The notes under the pieces: model-generated
What the model was told of the DNA's origin: nothing
Database searches by the model: none
Seen by the model: only the letters and a program-made list of their open reading frames with translations
Assembly (NCBI GenBank): GCA_973895155.1
Contig: OZ316897.1
Coordinates: 11,307,832 to 11,371,831, forward strand
Direction of reading: 5' to 3'
Length of the DNA stretch: 64,000 nt
DNA from: Marsupella aquatica
Taxonomy: Eukaryota > Plantae > Marchantiophyta
Made by a program: the position numbers and the translations under genes
Part shown: positions 1 through 11,283 of the stretch, in pieces
How the letters are laid out: every line of letters begins with the position of its first letter
How positions within the stretch are numbered: the stretch's first letter is position 1

Positions 1-1623
1 TCTGGTCTGGCCCCTGAGGAAAGCTGGCTCCTCCTCGTTCAGCTCAATTTCGAGCTCTTCTTCGGCACCCTCATCCTGATAGAGCATGCCCCCGCCTTCA
101 TCATCATACATAGGGTAGTCTCGTACGTCCAAAACCCCCGAAGCGATCAGTTGCTTTGCTTCCCACCTTTCAGGACTACTCATCCGTTTCAAGGGTCTGC
201 GAGAGGGACCGTTGTCATCCTCTTCCACTATGGTGATGCCGGATAAACCCTTTCTAGTCATGGGACCAAGGCTTGCACTAGAAGGGTTTGCCCTATACGT
301 CTCGTCATCCGCAGATGCAGGTTTCTTCATGGGGAGGAGATCCTGACCTGACTTCTGATCGACATCTCGCATGGAGAGACTCATCTTTTGCCCAGCTACG
401 GATATCACCTTCACCCACACCTCCTGGTCTCTCTCCACCGCCTCTTTTGCATTGACAACTCTCCGAGATGCAATCTGAGATACATGGACCAACCCTTCCT
501 TGCGGTCTCTAAACCCTGATAATTGCACAAAGCATCCAAAATCCATAATGCGGGAGACTCTACCTCTGTAGAGGCCAAACAGCTCTGGTTCCTCCGGAGG
601 AAGTTGAGAAGCTTTCGTGTCCACCCTGCTCCCCCCTCCATCTCCGTCCCTGCGACCTCGGTCTCCCCTCTTGAATCCACCTCTAAAATCTCCGTCCTCG
701 TCCCCTGCTGCTTCCCCTCCTCGGTCATCCCTAAAGCTCTCCCTACCTCTCCCTCCTCTCTCTCCATCCCTGTGTCCTCTCCTACGTTCTACTCTATCAA
801 TATCTCTGTCCTCTTCCGAATCGTCAGCTCTCTCCTCCTTGTACCTGCTCTTCTCTCTCCCTCCTTTGTCCCCGTGTCTTCTAGATCTTCCTCCACCATC
901 TTCATATCGGCCATCCTCTCTATCCCTGCTACTCTCCCGATACCTTTCCCCGTCTCTAGATTTTCCGTTGCTCCTCCTCAAATCCTCGTCCTCCCCTCTA
1001 TCCCTGCTACTCTCCCGATACTTCTCACCGTGTCTGTGTTTGCCATTGCTCCTCCTTCCGTCCTCTTCACCGCCTCGTTCTCGATCCCTCCTCTTTTCTT
1101 TGCTCCTGCCTCCTCCTCTAGACCTATCTGGATCATCCTCTCTATCTCGCCTGTCCCTCCTACTGTGCGGCTCATCTTTTTCCTCATAATCCTCTCCCAG
1201 GTCGCGTTCTCCGTCTCTCGGTGGGGGAGATTTCTCCCTTCCTCCTCTCTCACGCCCTCTTCTATTCTCCAATTCGAGCTCCTTCTCGAGCTCCTTCACC
1301 CGTTGCTTGTTGTCGGGAACCGCTAGCCCTGGGAACGCGGCCAGAGGCTCATCAAACTCTCCGTTCGACTTCTCGCCCTTGCCACTGCTCTTGGGGGGCA
1401 GAATGGCGTGAATGATCGTCAGAAGGGTTTTCACGAAGTACTCGGGCATTTCCGCGCCATTGGCCTTGAGCTGCTTGGCAAAGCTTTCGACCGTGTCACT
1501 CTGCTGCGCTAGGTCGATGATGAACTCGGCGAGGGTTTTGTCCGCGCATCCTACGTGGGACTCCAACTCCGTGCAAACCTTGGAGACCAGCGACAGGTAC
1601 TCCAATTTCTTCAGTCCGTCCAT
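1..1623 (-). CDS. PRP22: Pre-mRNA splicing factor DEAH-box RNA helicase PRP22/DHX8, 5' part (N-terminal helical domain, RD/RE-rich region, S1 domain); continues beyond left edge
   Basis: Minus-strand translation from ATG at 1623 (in-frame TAG just upstream): MDGLKKLEYLSLVSKVCTELESHVGCADKTLAEFII...; S1 domain LYRGRVSRIMDFGCFVQL...EGLVHVSQI...VWVKVISV...SLSMRDVDQ; EELEIELNEEEPAFLRGQTR at the window edge. All are typical DHX8/PRP22 motifs. Missing from the ORF track because it has no stop in the window. Confidence 0.95.
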   Translation of the reverse strand, partial: MDGLKKLEYLSLVSKVCTELESHVGCADKTLAEFIIDLAQQSDTVESFAKQLKANGAEMPEYFVKTLLTIIHAILPPKSSGKGEKSNGEFDEPLAAFPGLAVPDNKQRVKELEKELELENRRGRERGGREKSPPPRDGERDLGEDYEEKDEPHSRRDRRDREDDPDRSRGGGRSKEKRRDRERGGEEDGRRSNGKHRHGEKYRESSRDRGEDEDLRRSNGKSRDGERYRESSRDREDGRYEDGGGRSRRHGDKGGREKSRYKEERADDSEEDRDIDRVERRRGHRDGERGGRGRESFRDDRGGEAAGDEDGDFRGGFKRGDRGRRDGDGGGSRVDTKASQLPPEEPELFGLYRGRVSRIMDFGCFVQLSGFRDRKEGLVHVSQIASRRVVNAKEAVERDQEVWVKVISVAGQKMSLSMRDVDQKSGQDLLPMKKPASADDETYRANPSSASLGPMTRKGLSGITIVEEDDNGPSRRPLKRMSSPERWEAKQLIASGVLDVRDYPMYDDEGGGMLYQDEGAEEELEIELNEEEPAFLRGQTR

Positions 1624-2019
1624 CTCCTCCTCCTCCTCCTACCCTAAAACAACGATTTCCTCGCTCCGATCAATCCGCCTTCTTCATATTGACAACCCGC
1701 TCTCCCCGTTACGAAGCTCGTCCGTCGGTCCTCCAATTCTTTAGCACGCCTATTTCCGCCTCCTCGTTTTGCTCGTTCTCCAATCCTAAACGCAGATTTC
1801 TTCGCTTCGATGAATCAATCCGTGGTCTCAATTCTGTGAAGCACCAATCCCCTCTTTTGCAAAGCGCTTCTGTTCCTCCAATACCTTCAGTCTGTCAATC
1901 TCCTCCTCGTCCTTCTACCCTAAACTCCGATTTCTTCGATTCCCTTGGATGAATCAACCGATGAGAGTCGCTCAATGCCCCTTCTTCATTCAGTCAAACC
2001 CCAATCCTTCTCGTTTGCG

Positions 2020-2160
2020 AATACGCGCTTCTTTTTGCCCATTACTTTTACATTACGCTTCTTTTTGCCCATCACTTCTTAACTACATTACGCTTCTTTT
2101 TGCCCATCACTTCTTAACGACATTACGCTTCTTTTTGCCCGTCACTTTTTAACTACATTA
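2020..2160. repeat. Tandem repeat, ~30-38 bp unit (acattacgcttctttttgcccatcacttcttaact) x4
   Basis: Unit visible four times upstream of the PRP22 start. Confidence 0.85.
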
Positions 2161-2699
2161 CCAATAAGATGTTCTAATTCTGTCATTGTAGTCGTTGTTT
2201 TTATTGCACAAATATGCCAAGGTTTTAATACATTGACACTTTGGGGTTGCTTTGTTAAACTTGGCATCTTTATACAATTTAACCATGGTAGTATTTTCAA
2301 TTTAAACATCTTTAGTGGCAAAGTAATAAAAAGTTGTCTTTGCCCTTAAAAGAAACCTTTACCCACCACTAATATGTATACAAGTACTCCGGGTGACCCA
2401 ATTGAATTGCTTCTAATAGACTAAAGTCTAAAGAGTATACAAGTACTCCCGTTGACCCAATTTAATTGCTTTGGTCCCAACCTAACATTCCACTCGTTTG
2501 TAGCTTCAATCACTTCAAGAATTTTCTCCAGGTATTTCCATAACCCAGAGATTTCTCCTGTACTTGTAAAAAAGGTAAAAGTTTACTTTGCATGAAATTA
2601 GGTTTATTATCACCGATGCCTGTGCATTCCACAGAAGTTGTCCAGGTTAGTAAAAGATATCGAGAAGAGGAATAAAGGTCGGAGAGAGAAAAACAATTA

Positions 2700-2960
2700 T
2701 ATGAAGGTAAGGAAAAGATCTTGAGACAAGAGAACAATGTCAAGCCAAGGCATAGATATTAAGGCGTGAAAAGATGGATCATTGCAAGAAAATATGTTCA
2801 GGCCAAGAAAAGATATAAGGCAAGGCAAGATGTGAGGCAAAAATATTTGGAGGCAAGCTAGAAAAGAAGTTGAGGCAAATAAAAGATGTTGAGGGAAGCA
2901 TAAGTTCTTGATCTGGAATTAGTCCTTCATGCTGAGCCAAGGCAAACATGTTGGGGCGAG
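2700..2960. repeat. Degenerate purine-rich ~21-bp minisatellite (aaaagatgttgaggcaag-like)
   Basis: Recurrent aaagat(g/c)ttgag..ag motifs; resembles 63660-64000. Confidence 0.55.
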
Positions 2961-4959
2961 GCGAAGATTAAATTTCAAGGTGGTTGCACAATGCTATTGG
3001 GAGGGGAAATTTTTTCCTCCCTTTTCCCATTTCTTCCAACACTCCTTTGCCATTCCCTTCCTCCCCCTTTTCTTCCCTTTTGCACAATTAAATAAAGAGA
3101 AACACACAATTAAACAAAGAGAGAGAAAAAAAAAAACCTAGAGAACCATGATTTTGTGGTAGTTCACTTGAGTAGAGACTGATAGGTCTTGGGATCAACT
3201 GTTGTGGGCTAACTCTTCCCAACTATTCTTCCTTTTCTTTGGGATTTCACAAATTTCCCTTAAAACAAAAAAACAAAGAGAAAAAAAAGAGGGAGTGAAA
3301 AGCAAAATTAACCCATTTTCTTCCTTCCAAATTCTTGTACTGTATGCAAAAAGCCAAAAAGTTTCTCATGCCTCAAAAGATTTTCTTTCTAAGGTATCTA
3401 CTTTAGTATTTCAAAATAACACACATTTTCGATGATGTAACATAGGAGTCATCCACACATAGTATGTATTCTACTTTAAAAATAAGAATATTTTTGGACA
3501 TTTCTGGTCAATCAATCCAAGAGTCCACAGACATCATTTTAAAAATTGGACGGCTGAGGTTTGTTCCCTCTATTTCCAAATTTTGTATGCAGATGAAGTT
3601 TATGGCGGGTTTGCATATGATAGTAGTTGATTGTGCAAGTCTAAAGTTGACTTTGATTTCTCATGATAAGCATATTTGAGTATGTGTTTGGATTTTGGGT
3701 CCAAACTTTCTATTATGAGTTCTCATTTGTGACACCTTCACCTATACCATTACTACCCTGCTGGTATAGCCACCCAAATCTTGTTACCTATATGGGGTCT
3801 ACAATCTGAGGAATTTTTTTAATATACTTTGATATTTGTATCTTTAGGGAACCTGTTTAATATCATATCTTGCCTGTCAGAGATGTCAACTATACCCTTA
3901 CCTTGTTGGTATACGGACAACTCTATACCCGCCTAGGTAACACTTATTACATTGACTCAATAGAGTAAGAGACCCCATTGCATATGGGTCTCGGTAACTG
4001 CACATCAAAATATGACATATACTATGTATGGCACCTCTGCATACCGTGATAATCCTAGTTTTTTTCTTTCAATCAATGAATGTAACCACATTTTGATGTG
4101 TGATTACCAGCAGGGATTGCATATTAGCATACTAGTGACAATGGAATCTCCTGGAACGAGGGCCTTCAAGAGGCTAGAGAGAGAGAGTCTCACACAAAAT
4201 CAAATGCTACTCTAGTCCATTATCACTTCCACACACATAAGTGCAACATTAGTTGTGATTATTTCTACAGTAGCAACAGAGCCAGCTCTGGCAATGCCAC
4301 ATACATATTAGTACATTCAATGAAAAACCATATTGTCACCTTTGATAATTAATTAATTATTTATTTATTCAGCTCACTAAGATACAATAATTATGTACTA
4401 GATGACAAAAAATAGTGAAGCCAGTTCTAGGATGACCTTGTTATAGGAGGGAGCCCATCCCCACATTCCACACAGAAAGCTATTTGCCATGGATGATGTG
4501 TAGCTCTCATTATATAGTGCACACCATTCAGTTACACTAGGAAACATGGGCTCCACTTTTTATGGTGAATATAATATAATGTTCAACACGGGCAAAAATG
4601 AGCAGTAGCCTGCAGGGAATGGGGCCCTTTTATATGGGCAGGTGTGGGTTAAAGTCTAGTAAATTATCATGATTTAACCGTAACACATTTTGGTAATGGA
4701 AAGTTTGTCATCCATACTCAGCCAGTATAACAAGTGTGCAGCCCAGTGCGCCTTTCGCAGTAACAGAAATAGGAAGGTATTAAGGAGCGTCACTGTCGCA
4801 GAAGAAAACGAATGTTTCTAAATAAATTATTTGGAAGACTCCTTAAACCACACCTGCCACTATAAAAATCTCATTCGATGTGCCACTACTCACCATAAAA
4901 GGTGGAACACTAGCACCTTTTGTGGAATACTTGCCAAAAAAGAATTTGCAGTAAGCACT

Positions 4960-5345
4960 TTTTTTGGAGCTCAAAGCCCATTCTTGAACCTGTGCTGTTT
5001 ACAATGAGAGGTAGATTTTGCAATCAGCACCTTTTGTGGAGCTCAAAGCCATTCTTGAACCTGTGCTGTTTACAATGAGAGAGGTACCTCCACAAAACCC
5101 ATTCTTGAACCACCCATTCTTGAACCACCCATTCTTGAACCAAAGCTCAAAGCCATTCTTGAACCTGTGCTGTTTACAATGAGAGAGGTACCTCCACAAA
5201 ACCCATTCTTGAACCACCCATTCTTGAACCTGTGCTGTTTACAATGAGAGGTAGGTTTTGCAGTCAGCACCTTTTGTGGAGCTCAAAACACATTCTTGAA
5301 CTTGTGTTGTTTACAATGAGAGAGGTTTACAATGAGAGAGGTACG
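4960..5345. repeat. Complex tandem repeat downstream of the U-box/ZZ gene stop (attcttgaacctgtgctgtttacaatgagagaggt and cccattcttgaacca units)
   Basis: About 6 copies of gtttacaatgagag and about 9 of attcttgaac are directly visible. Confidence 0.85.
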
Positions 5346-5384
5346 AGTAACCCTTTATAGGGACAGGTGTGATTTAAGAGTGGT

Positions 5385-8300
5385 TTAAGTTTTGTTTTTA
5401 AATGTAGGGGACATTTCAATAAATCGCATTCTATCGTATGCCTGAGCTCTGGGTCCAAAAGGTAGATCCATACGCAAGAACTCCCATTCTCGGTGACCAC
5501 CTTTCTCGAAACAGCTGAGACACAGATCATAATCGACTTTAACTAGAGAACCAAATCTCGGCCCAACTATGGGCTTCGTTGGATCGCACCCGTCACAACG
5601 TGCATTGTGAGAGACATTTGTCCAACTCTCTGCTGCTGAATCCTCCGGTAAAGCCTGGACAAGGTCGAGCAAGCATTTTCAGAGCAATCTGACTCCAGCA
5701 AGCTAACCCTGCAAGCTACTCCAGCAAATTTCTAGCATGCAGATGAGTCATTGGAATCCAGTGGGAGTAATGGGAATTGAAACACAAACTAATTATCAGT
5801 GGACATCTGCCCTCCTGTTTTCTAAGTTTTTAGAAGTAGAAACTCTCTAACACTGGTCGATTATGATTTTCCATAATATTAACTTTCAGAAAAAAAATCT
5901 CTTAGTTTGACGCGAAGATTAGCTTACCATCTCTTTGTTAAGAACATTGGAAACAAAAGATTGAACGATTCATCGATTTGCAACGATCTTATTTTCCATG
6001 TTTTTACCCACAACCTGGACCAGCTCGTTATCCACATACCTGAAACAGCTTGGACATTTCCAAAAGCTTTGTATTCTGGTTGCGACGCACAACCTTGTTT
6101 TCCTCCAGCTTGGACATATCAACAACACTTTTCTGTTGAGACTCAAGAATCGACATTTCAATAACTCGCACTCGATCGAATGTTTGAGCTCTGGGTCCAA
6201 AAGGTAGATCCATACGCAAGAACTCCCATTCTCGGTGACCACCTTGCTGGAAACAGCTGAGACATAGATCATAGTTGGATACTAGAGAACCGAATCTTGG
6301 CCCAACGATGGACTTCGTTGGATCGCACCCGTCACAACCTACACCCTTGTGAGAGACCTTCGTCGACCTCTCTGCTGTTGAATCCTCTGGTAAAGCCTGG
6401 ACAATGTCGAGGAGCACTTTAGAGCATTCTGCCTCCCTAAGTTTGCAGCTACTCCAGCAATTTTTTTAGCATGTAGATGATTCATTGGAATCCAGTGGGA
6501 CTAATGGAAATTGAAACACAAATCAATTACCAGTGCACATCTCTCTTGTTTCCTCGAAGTAGAAACCTTCTAACACCAGTAAATTCAGATTTTCCAAAAT
6601 ATTAACTTCCAGAAGCAAAAACAGTTTAGTTTGCCGCTAAGATTAGATATGAACCATCTTTTTGTTCAAAGAATTTGAAACAAAAGAAGGATTCATCGAT
6701 TCACGACAATCTTGTTCTCCAGTTTGTTCCCCACCACCTGAAACAGCTGGCTATCCACAAACCTGATACAGCTTGGACAATTCCATAAGGTTAGCTTTCC
6801 GAATCGCTTTCTCCAGTTTAGCATCAAGGTCCAGCTGCAGTTCGTCTCTCTTCTCGCGGCACTCTTTGTCATTAGGTGCCCACTGCAACACATTTTTCAG
6901 CATTGTCAATGCTTCCGCGCTATGGCCTGTATTGGCTAATTCGAGGGCTTCATCCCGGTACGACTTGCGCTGACCGTAAAACCTTCTTTCTATGTCTTCG
7001 TCCCGAAACTTTTTGAACAGGCGCCTCCGCAGAGATACATCGTCACACGTAATAACCAATTGCTTTTGCTGAGTCAGATTATTCTTGAAAACCGTCAGCC
7101 TGTCGTAAGTTTCACCGTCAGTACATTTGACAGGATCAATCATGAGTTCGGCGGTGATGGGGTCAAGGCAGTCGTCGTGGTCATCCTCTGCTGGTGATGG
7201 TCTTGAAGAAGATTCTTCGTCTACAGTCAGATCTTGTAAGCTCGCCAACACCTGCACTCATTAAGACCCAAAACAAAACACATGAGCCAGGTCAGAACTC
7301 CCCACAATGACAACAACGGAGAGGCAAGTCTCAGGCAGCTAATCTTTGTGACACCATAGCTCCCGGACGCGAGTCCATCCAATGCGCAAAATCAATATGG
7401 TTTTTGACTCGATGGAAAAATGGGCAAGTGCCTACAATGTTTATTTGTCGTCTGGCGATATCTGTAGTAGGCCCAAAACCTACTGTAGTCAAAAGCAGAG
7501 GAGCCTAAACCTAGCCCAAGCTAGACATTACATAGACGCTAGACATTAATTTTGAATTTGCAGGGTCTAAATCCTTCTGAACGGCCCAAAAAATTCTTCA
7601 TTCACAGCCACTTACTAGACGACGCTCGATGATGATGTACCATCGAGGGATTCTAAAGTCGGGTCTAAAGTTATCCTCTTAAACTCATGGATGTTTCACA
7701 AAGCTTAAAATCCGACAAACAATCTGTTTCCTCAGCGATTTTGTACTAAGTCTGCACCATAAACAAGGAAACTGCCTTCAGCAAAGTGCACCTTCTGAAT
7801 CGCAGCTATGCAAAAGGAAAAGTCCGGTCTACAAAAAACGGAAATTATTCTTGAACACCGAAATCGGAAGGCTAGTCCAGTCGAGCCATAATTTTGCCGA
7901 TTGTCAGCCTTCTCAGACGTACTGTACTCCACTGTTTTACAGAACTTATAAGGTGCGGGCTAAGAAACATTGCCCACGGCCTTGCCGATATGCCACAGGC
8001 CCTGTCCGACAAATACTTGTTGTCCGCTCACATCCAACCGGGACTGTTCCCAGATGTCACGGCAGTAGGAACGAATGGACACAAATCTTGTGCAGAGCTG
8101 TGGAGTTCTCACATCTTCTACGAATTTCTGCGTGTCAGTTGAAGTTTCGACTTGAACTTCGTTTTGCCGGACAATGGAAACCAAGGACTGGATCCTATGG
8201 TCTTGCCTCTTCATTCCCACCACCAGCGGTTGCAGCAGCTTCCGGATCTCAATGGTTTCTGCATGAGTCTTTGCGGTATTTAGCGATGAGAGCTCAATCA

Positions 8301-9377
8301 TCCTGGATCCAAAGTCGTCCATTTTCTTATCCGCATCGATGGTAACCTGTCCACATTCAGCACAAGTTGAGTCCGAGCGATTTACTATGCCGATACCACA
8401 TCTGGAATTCAATCTACACTGTATGAAACGGGCGTTTCAAGATACGTACGCTGTACTCATGGATCGAGATCCGTCACTGTCCACCAGTAAGACATTGAAA
8501 TGATTTAAGGCTCCTAATAACTGCGGATTTATATCCACCGCAAGCTGTCAATGGTCTTGCAGCAAAACATTCTGTTCAGTGGACATTAAACTAAGAAATT
8601 GAAATGATTTAAGGCTCCTACTAACTGCGGATTTATATCCACCGCAAGCTGTCAATGGCCTTGAAGCAAAATATCAGTAGCAGTCCTCGGCCAGGGCTCG
8701 GCCAGGTCCATAGATACGAACCTCAAGGGTAGTGACAAATAGCTTCACTTGAAACTTATTGATTAGATCTTGCCGAAGCCTCTCTAGTTTGTCCTTGATC
8801 TGCCTTGCATCCCAAAATTGGAGGAAGCTTCCCTTCCTCAAGTTGTCCTCCAAGTAACTGGTGACCGCATTCAAATCCGTTTCCAAAGATTCTGATTACG
8901 TTCAAGGCCCGTGCAATCCCACAAATGCCAGGTTGAGGTGGGTTAGGTTACCATACTCAAGGTACTGACGTAGCAAGAAATTGGCAACAATGAAGTTAGA
9001 TCCTCGCAGCAGAGCCAGTGCATACATTACTTTAATAACTTACAGGGAATCGCAGCTTAACATTGCAGCTGGCTCCTGCACCAGTCTGAAACTTACTGTG
9101 CCGCTTTCACTTGAATTGCCTAAAGGATAAGAGAATGTGAGTACGTGAGTGCAGAAAACGTACCCAAGGCCCATGATTTCTCGCTGGGTCGCTGTTTCTT
9201 CAGGAGATCGATGTTCTCGTGCAAGGACTTGATAAAATACTCGATTTCTTGCGCAATGACGGGGTTGTGCTTTTTGATGGCATGCACCTGCTGCAAGGTG
9301 ATAACCAACTTCCCCACAGCATTGAAGACGGTAAAGAAAGGGAAGCCAGTACTCAAGTCCGCCACCGAGTCCGCCAT
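5385..9377 (-). CDS. Predicted 577-aa protein: MLKL/UND-like four-helix bundle + coiled coil + degenerate U-box + TPR-like hairpin + 2x NBR1-type ZZ zinc finger. Exons 9377-9164, 8891-8722, 8346-8113, 7251-6763, 6396-6040, 5654-5385
   Basis: All five introns are GT-AG and phase-compatible (1,0,0,0,0); exon lengths sum to 1734 nt. Motifs: FLQFWDARQIKDKLERLRQDL (four-helix-bundle pattern), CLDPITAELMIDPVKCTDGETYDR (U-box), AEALTMLKNVLQWAPND (TPR-like), CDGC...IVGPRFGSLV..YDLCLSCF...LRMDLP twice (plant NBR1-type ZZ). Confidence 0.75.
5400..6790. repeat. Tandem duplication (~720-745 bp unit) of intron + ZZ exon
   Basis: Both the intron text (tcattggaatccagtggga...taatgg.aattgaaacacaa) and the exon text recur with a ~730-745 bp offset. 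Confidence 0.9.
8491..8673. repeat. ~80-bp direct duplication in intron 2 of the U-box/ZZ gene
   Basis: ttgaaatgatttaaggctccta.taactgcggatttatatccaccgcaagctgtcaatgg at ~8495 and ~8599. Confidence 0.85.
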
Positions 9378-9771
9378 GGACAAAGCATATATGCACAAAT
9401 CAGGCCTCTCAAGTCAATCCGAATGATGCAGCCTCCGGTGTGAATATTTCCCCTTCAAAAGACTAGTCCCGGACGGTACGACTCAATTCGATCTATGCGC
9501 ACAAAGAGTCAAGTGAATTGGTGCGAAAATTGATACCATCGGCACGAGGCCACAATCGACAACTCACGAGCAGCTTCTCAAAATAATCCATTTCTCTCTC
9601 TGTAAGTAGTTTCACCGCGTTTTCACTTCACCCTTAGAAATTGATTACTCGTTGATCAGGGTCCGCAACGTTGTCTCCGCCTTGAGAAACTGCTGCGCAC
9701 TTGCTCGGTTAAAAGTAGAGGCACTCAGGTCAAACGCTCTGATCCTGCATGGAATCAATTATATCAACTTT

Positions 9772-9808
9772 CACACCACACCACACCACACCACACCACC
9801 ACACCACC
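9772..9808. repeat. (CACAC)n microsatellite upstream of the U-box/ZZ gene
   Basis: cacaccacaccacaccacaccacaccaccacaccacc. Confidence 0.85.
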
Positions 9809-10721
9809 TGGGGTCTATCTCCGTCGTGATTGGGCCAGACACAGAGGCAGGATTAAGAAGGGAAAAATCAGGTACGCTGAGGCCCATCAAGCAATGTCAA
9901 TGGCATATGGTACATGGGGCAGCCTTTGGCAGATTCACGAAGACAAACTCCAAGTTCAGCCTGTCCCACCAAGACCACCTTGAATCCTCTCTTTAGCAGG
10001 TTTTGAAGCTGCTCTACGGTTTAGACTGACTAGCCCCGATTACCCGTTCTTTGAACGTGAATAGCGAAGAAGACAATAAAAAAATTATCAAAATATATTT
10101 TTTATTCATTAATATTCTTTAAAAATAAATGAAATGATAATATATTATTTTCCTGTATGTGCACATTCATCTTCTATGCACATATGGATGTTGTGATGGG
10201 ACCATAGTGCTTATATTGTTTGAATGTAATAATTAGAAATTATTATAAAAAATTGGCATGTATATATATCATACTCATGTCATGAGTTTCTCTCATATGC
10301 ACATGATGATCATAGAGTTACGGTCTAGAGGCTTCACTCTAGATCTAGGCTCTTAATTATAGACTTCGGTTCACGCTTTTATATTAAGATAGTTTTCCTA
10401 TCATGGATCCACTATATGGGACCCCGCCCGTCCTTGATCACTGGCCGGTCTTTGGGGGTGTGCTGCCTTTCTATAGTCTCCAAATCTCTTGTTTGGCTGC
10501 TTTTCTGAGGCTCAGCTTTTTACCTGGCCTCGGCTTCACCGGTCCCGGCACGTAGACCTCTGGTCCCCAGGGTTGGTGTCCCCGTTTTGGGGCCCCCCTC
10601 TTTGTATGCTAACTAAATGAATGGATTTCTTTTGGTTTTTCGAGGCAAAAAAAACTTTCACACCACACATTTGCCAACTTTACTAGTGCATCTCAAATCT
10701 CTTCTTTCTGCTTCTGGTTGC

Positions 10722-10883
10722 TGTCAAAGACAATTTCTAGGAAAAAAAGTTGCAAACACAAAAATGGGGTCAAAGACAATGCTTCCTGTCGTGGTCAAAG
10801 ACAATTTCTAGGCAAAAAAGTTGCGAACACAAAAATGGGGTCAAAGACAATTTCTAGGAAAAAAAATTGTGAACACAAAAATG
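10722..10883. repeat. Tandem repeat, ~46-bp unit (gtcaaagacaatttctaggaaaaaaagttgcaaacacaaaaatggg) x3
   Basis: Directly visible. Confidence 0.85.
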
Positions 10884-10935
10884 CATGTCTGCACACTCCC
10901 GAAGGGTGACCAAAACTCATACACCAAAACTCATA

Positions 10936-11283
10936 CACTCTTAAGTGTAATTAGTGTGACTAACACTCATTTGAGAACATCCATTTTCAGGGTCTATTTG
11001 TGAATTAGTGTTAGTCACTAATTTTGCGCACATGAATCAGTGTTATTATGGTCTTAAAAGGAGCAAAATAGAGAGAAAAACACTATTTTGAAAAATACAC
11101 GACAATTAGTGTTACTTTGGATTGTGTTACTTTGGACTAAAGATCAGCCATTTTTTACAAGCAATTTACACTAAAGAGAACAAAATCTGTTTTGAAAACC
11201 GACAAAAATGAGTGTTATTGGGGCTCAAAATCATTCTTGCATAACACTAATTCTTGCATAACACTAATTAAAGTGAACATTGT
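10936..11283. mobile_element. Diverged copy of the TA-flanked MITE at 30536-30912
   Basis: Colinear similarity (tagtgtgactaacact, attttca.ggtcta, tattttgaaaaa, tgttactttgga, tgaaaa...gacaaaaat.agtgtta, taacactaatt); termini degenerate. Confidence 0.65.

Noticed and set aside
523-1326. 267-aa and 190-aa plus-strand ORFs (Ser/Pro/Leu-rich)
   Set aside because: Antisense shadows of the low-complexity PRP22 RD/RE region
4960-5345. Repeat-spacer-like pattern suggestive of CRISPR
   Set aside because: Eukaryotic context, the 'spacers' are themselves repeats, and no cas genes are present
5970-6893. Alternative-frame peptides WxCPSC.R.VD..L.QVVG in both duplicated units
   Set aside because: Similarity is explained by the DNA duplication; they straddle the predicted splice donors and are out of frame with the domains
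10480-10654. Possible LINE 3' tail ending in a short poly-A
   Set aside because: No recognisable RT remnant or TSD; too weak to call
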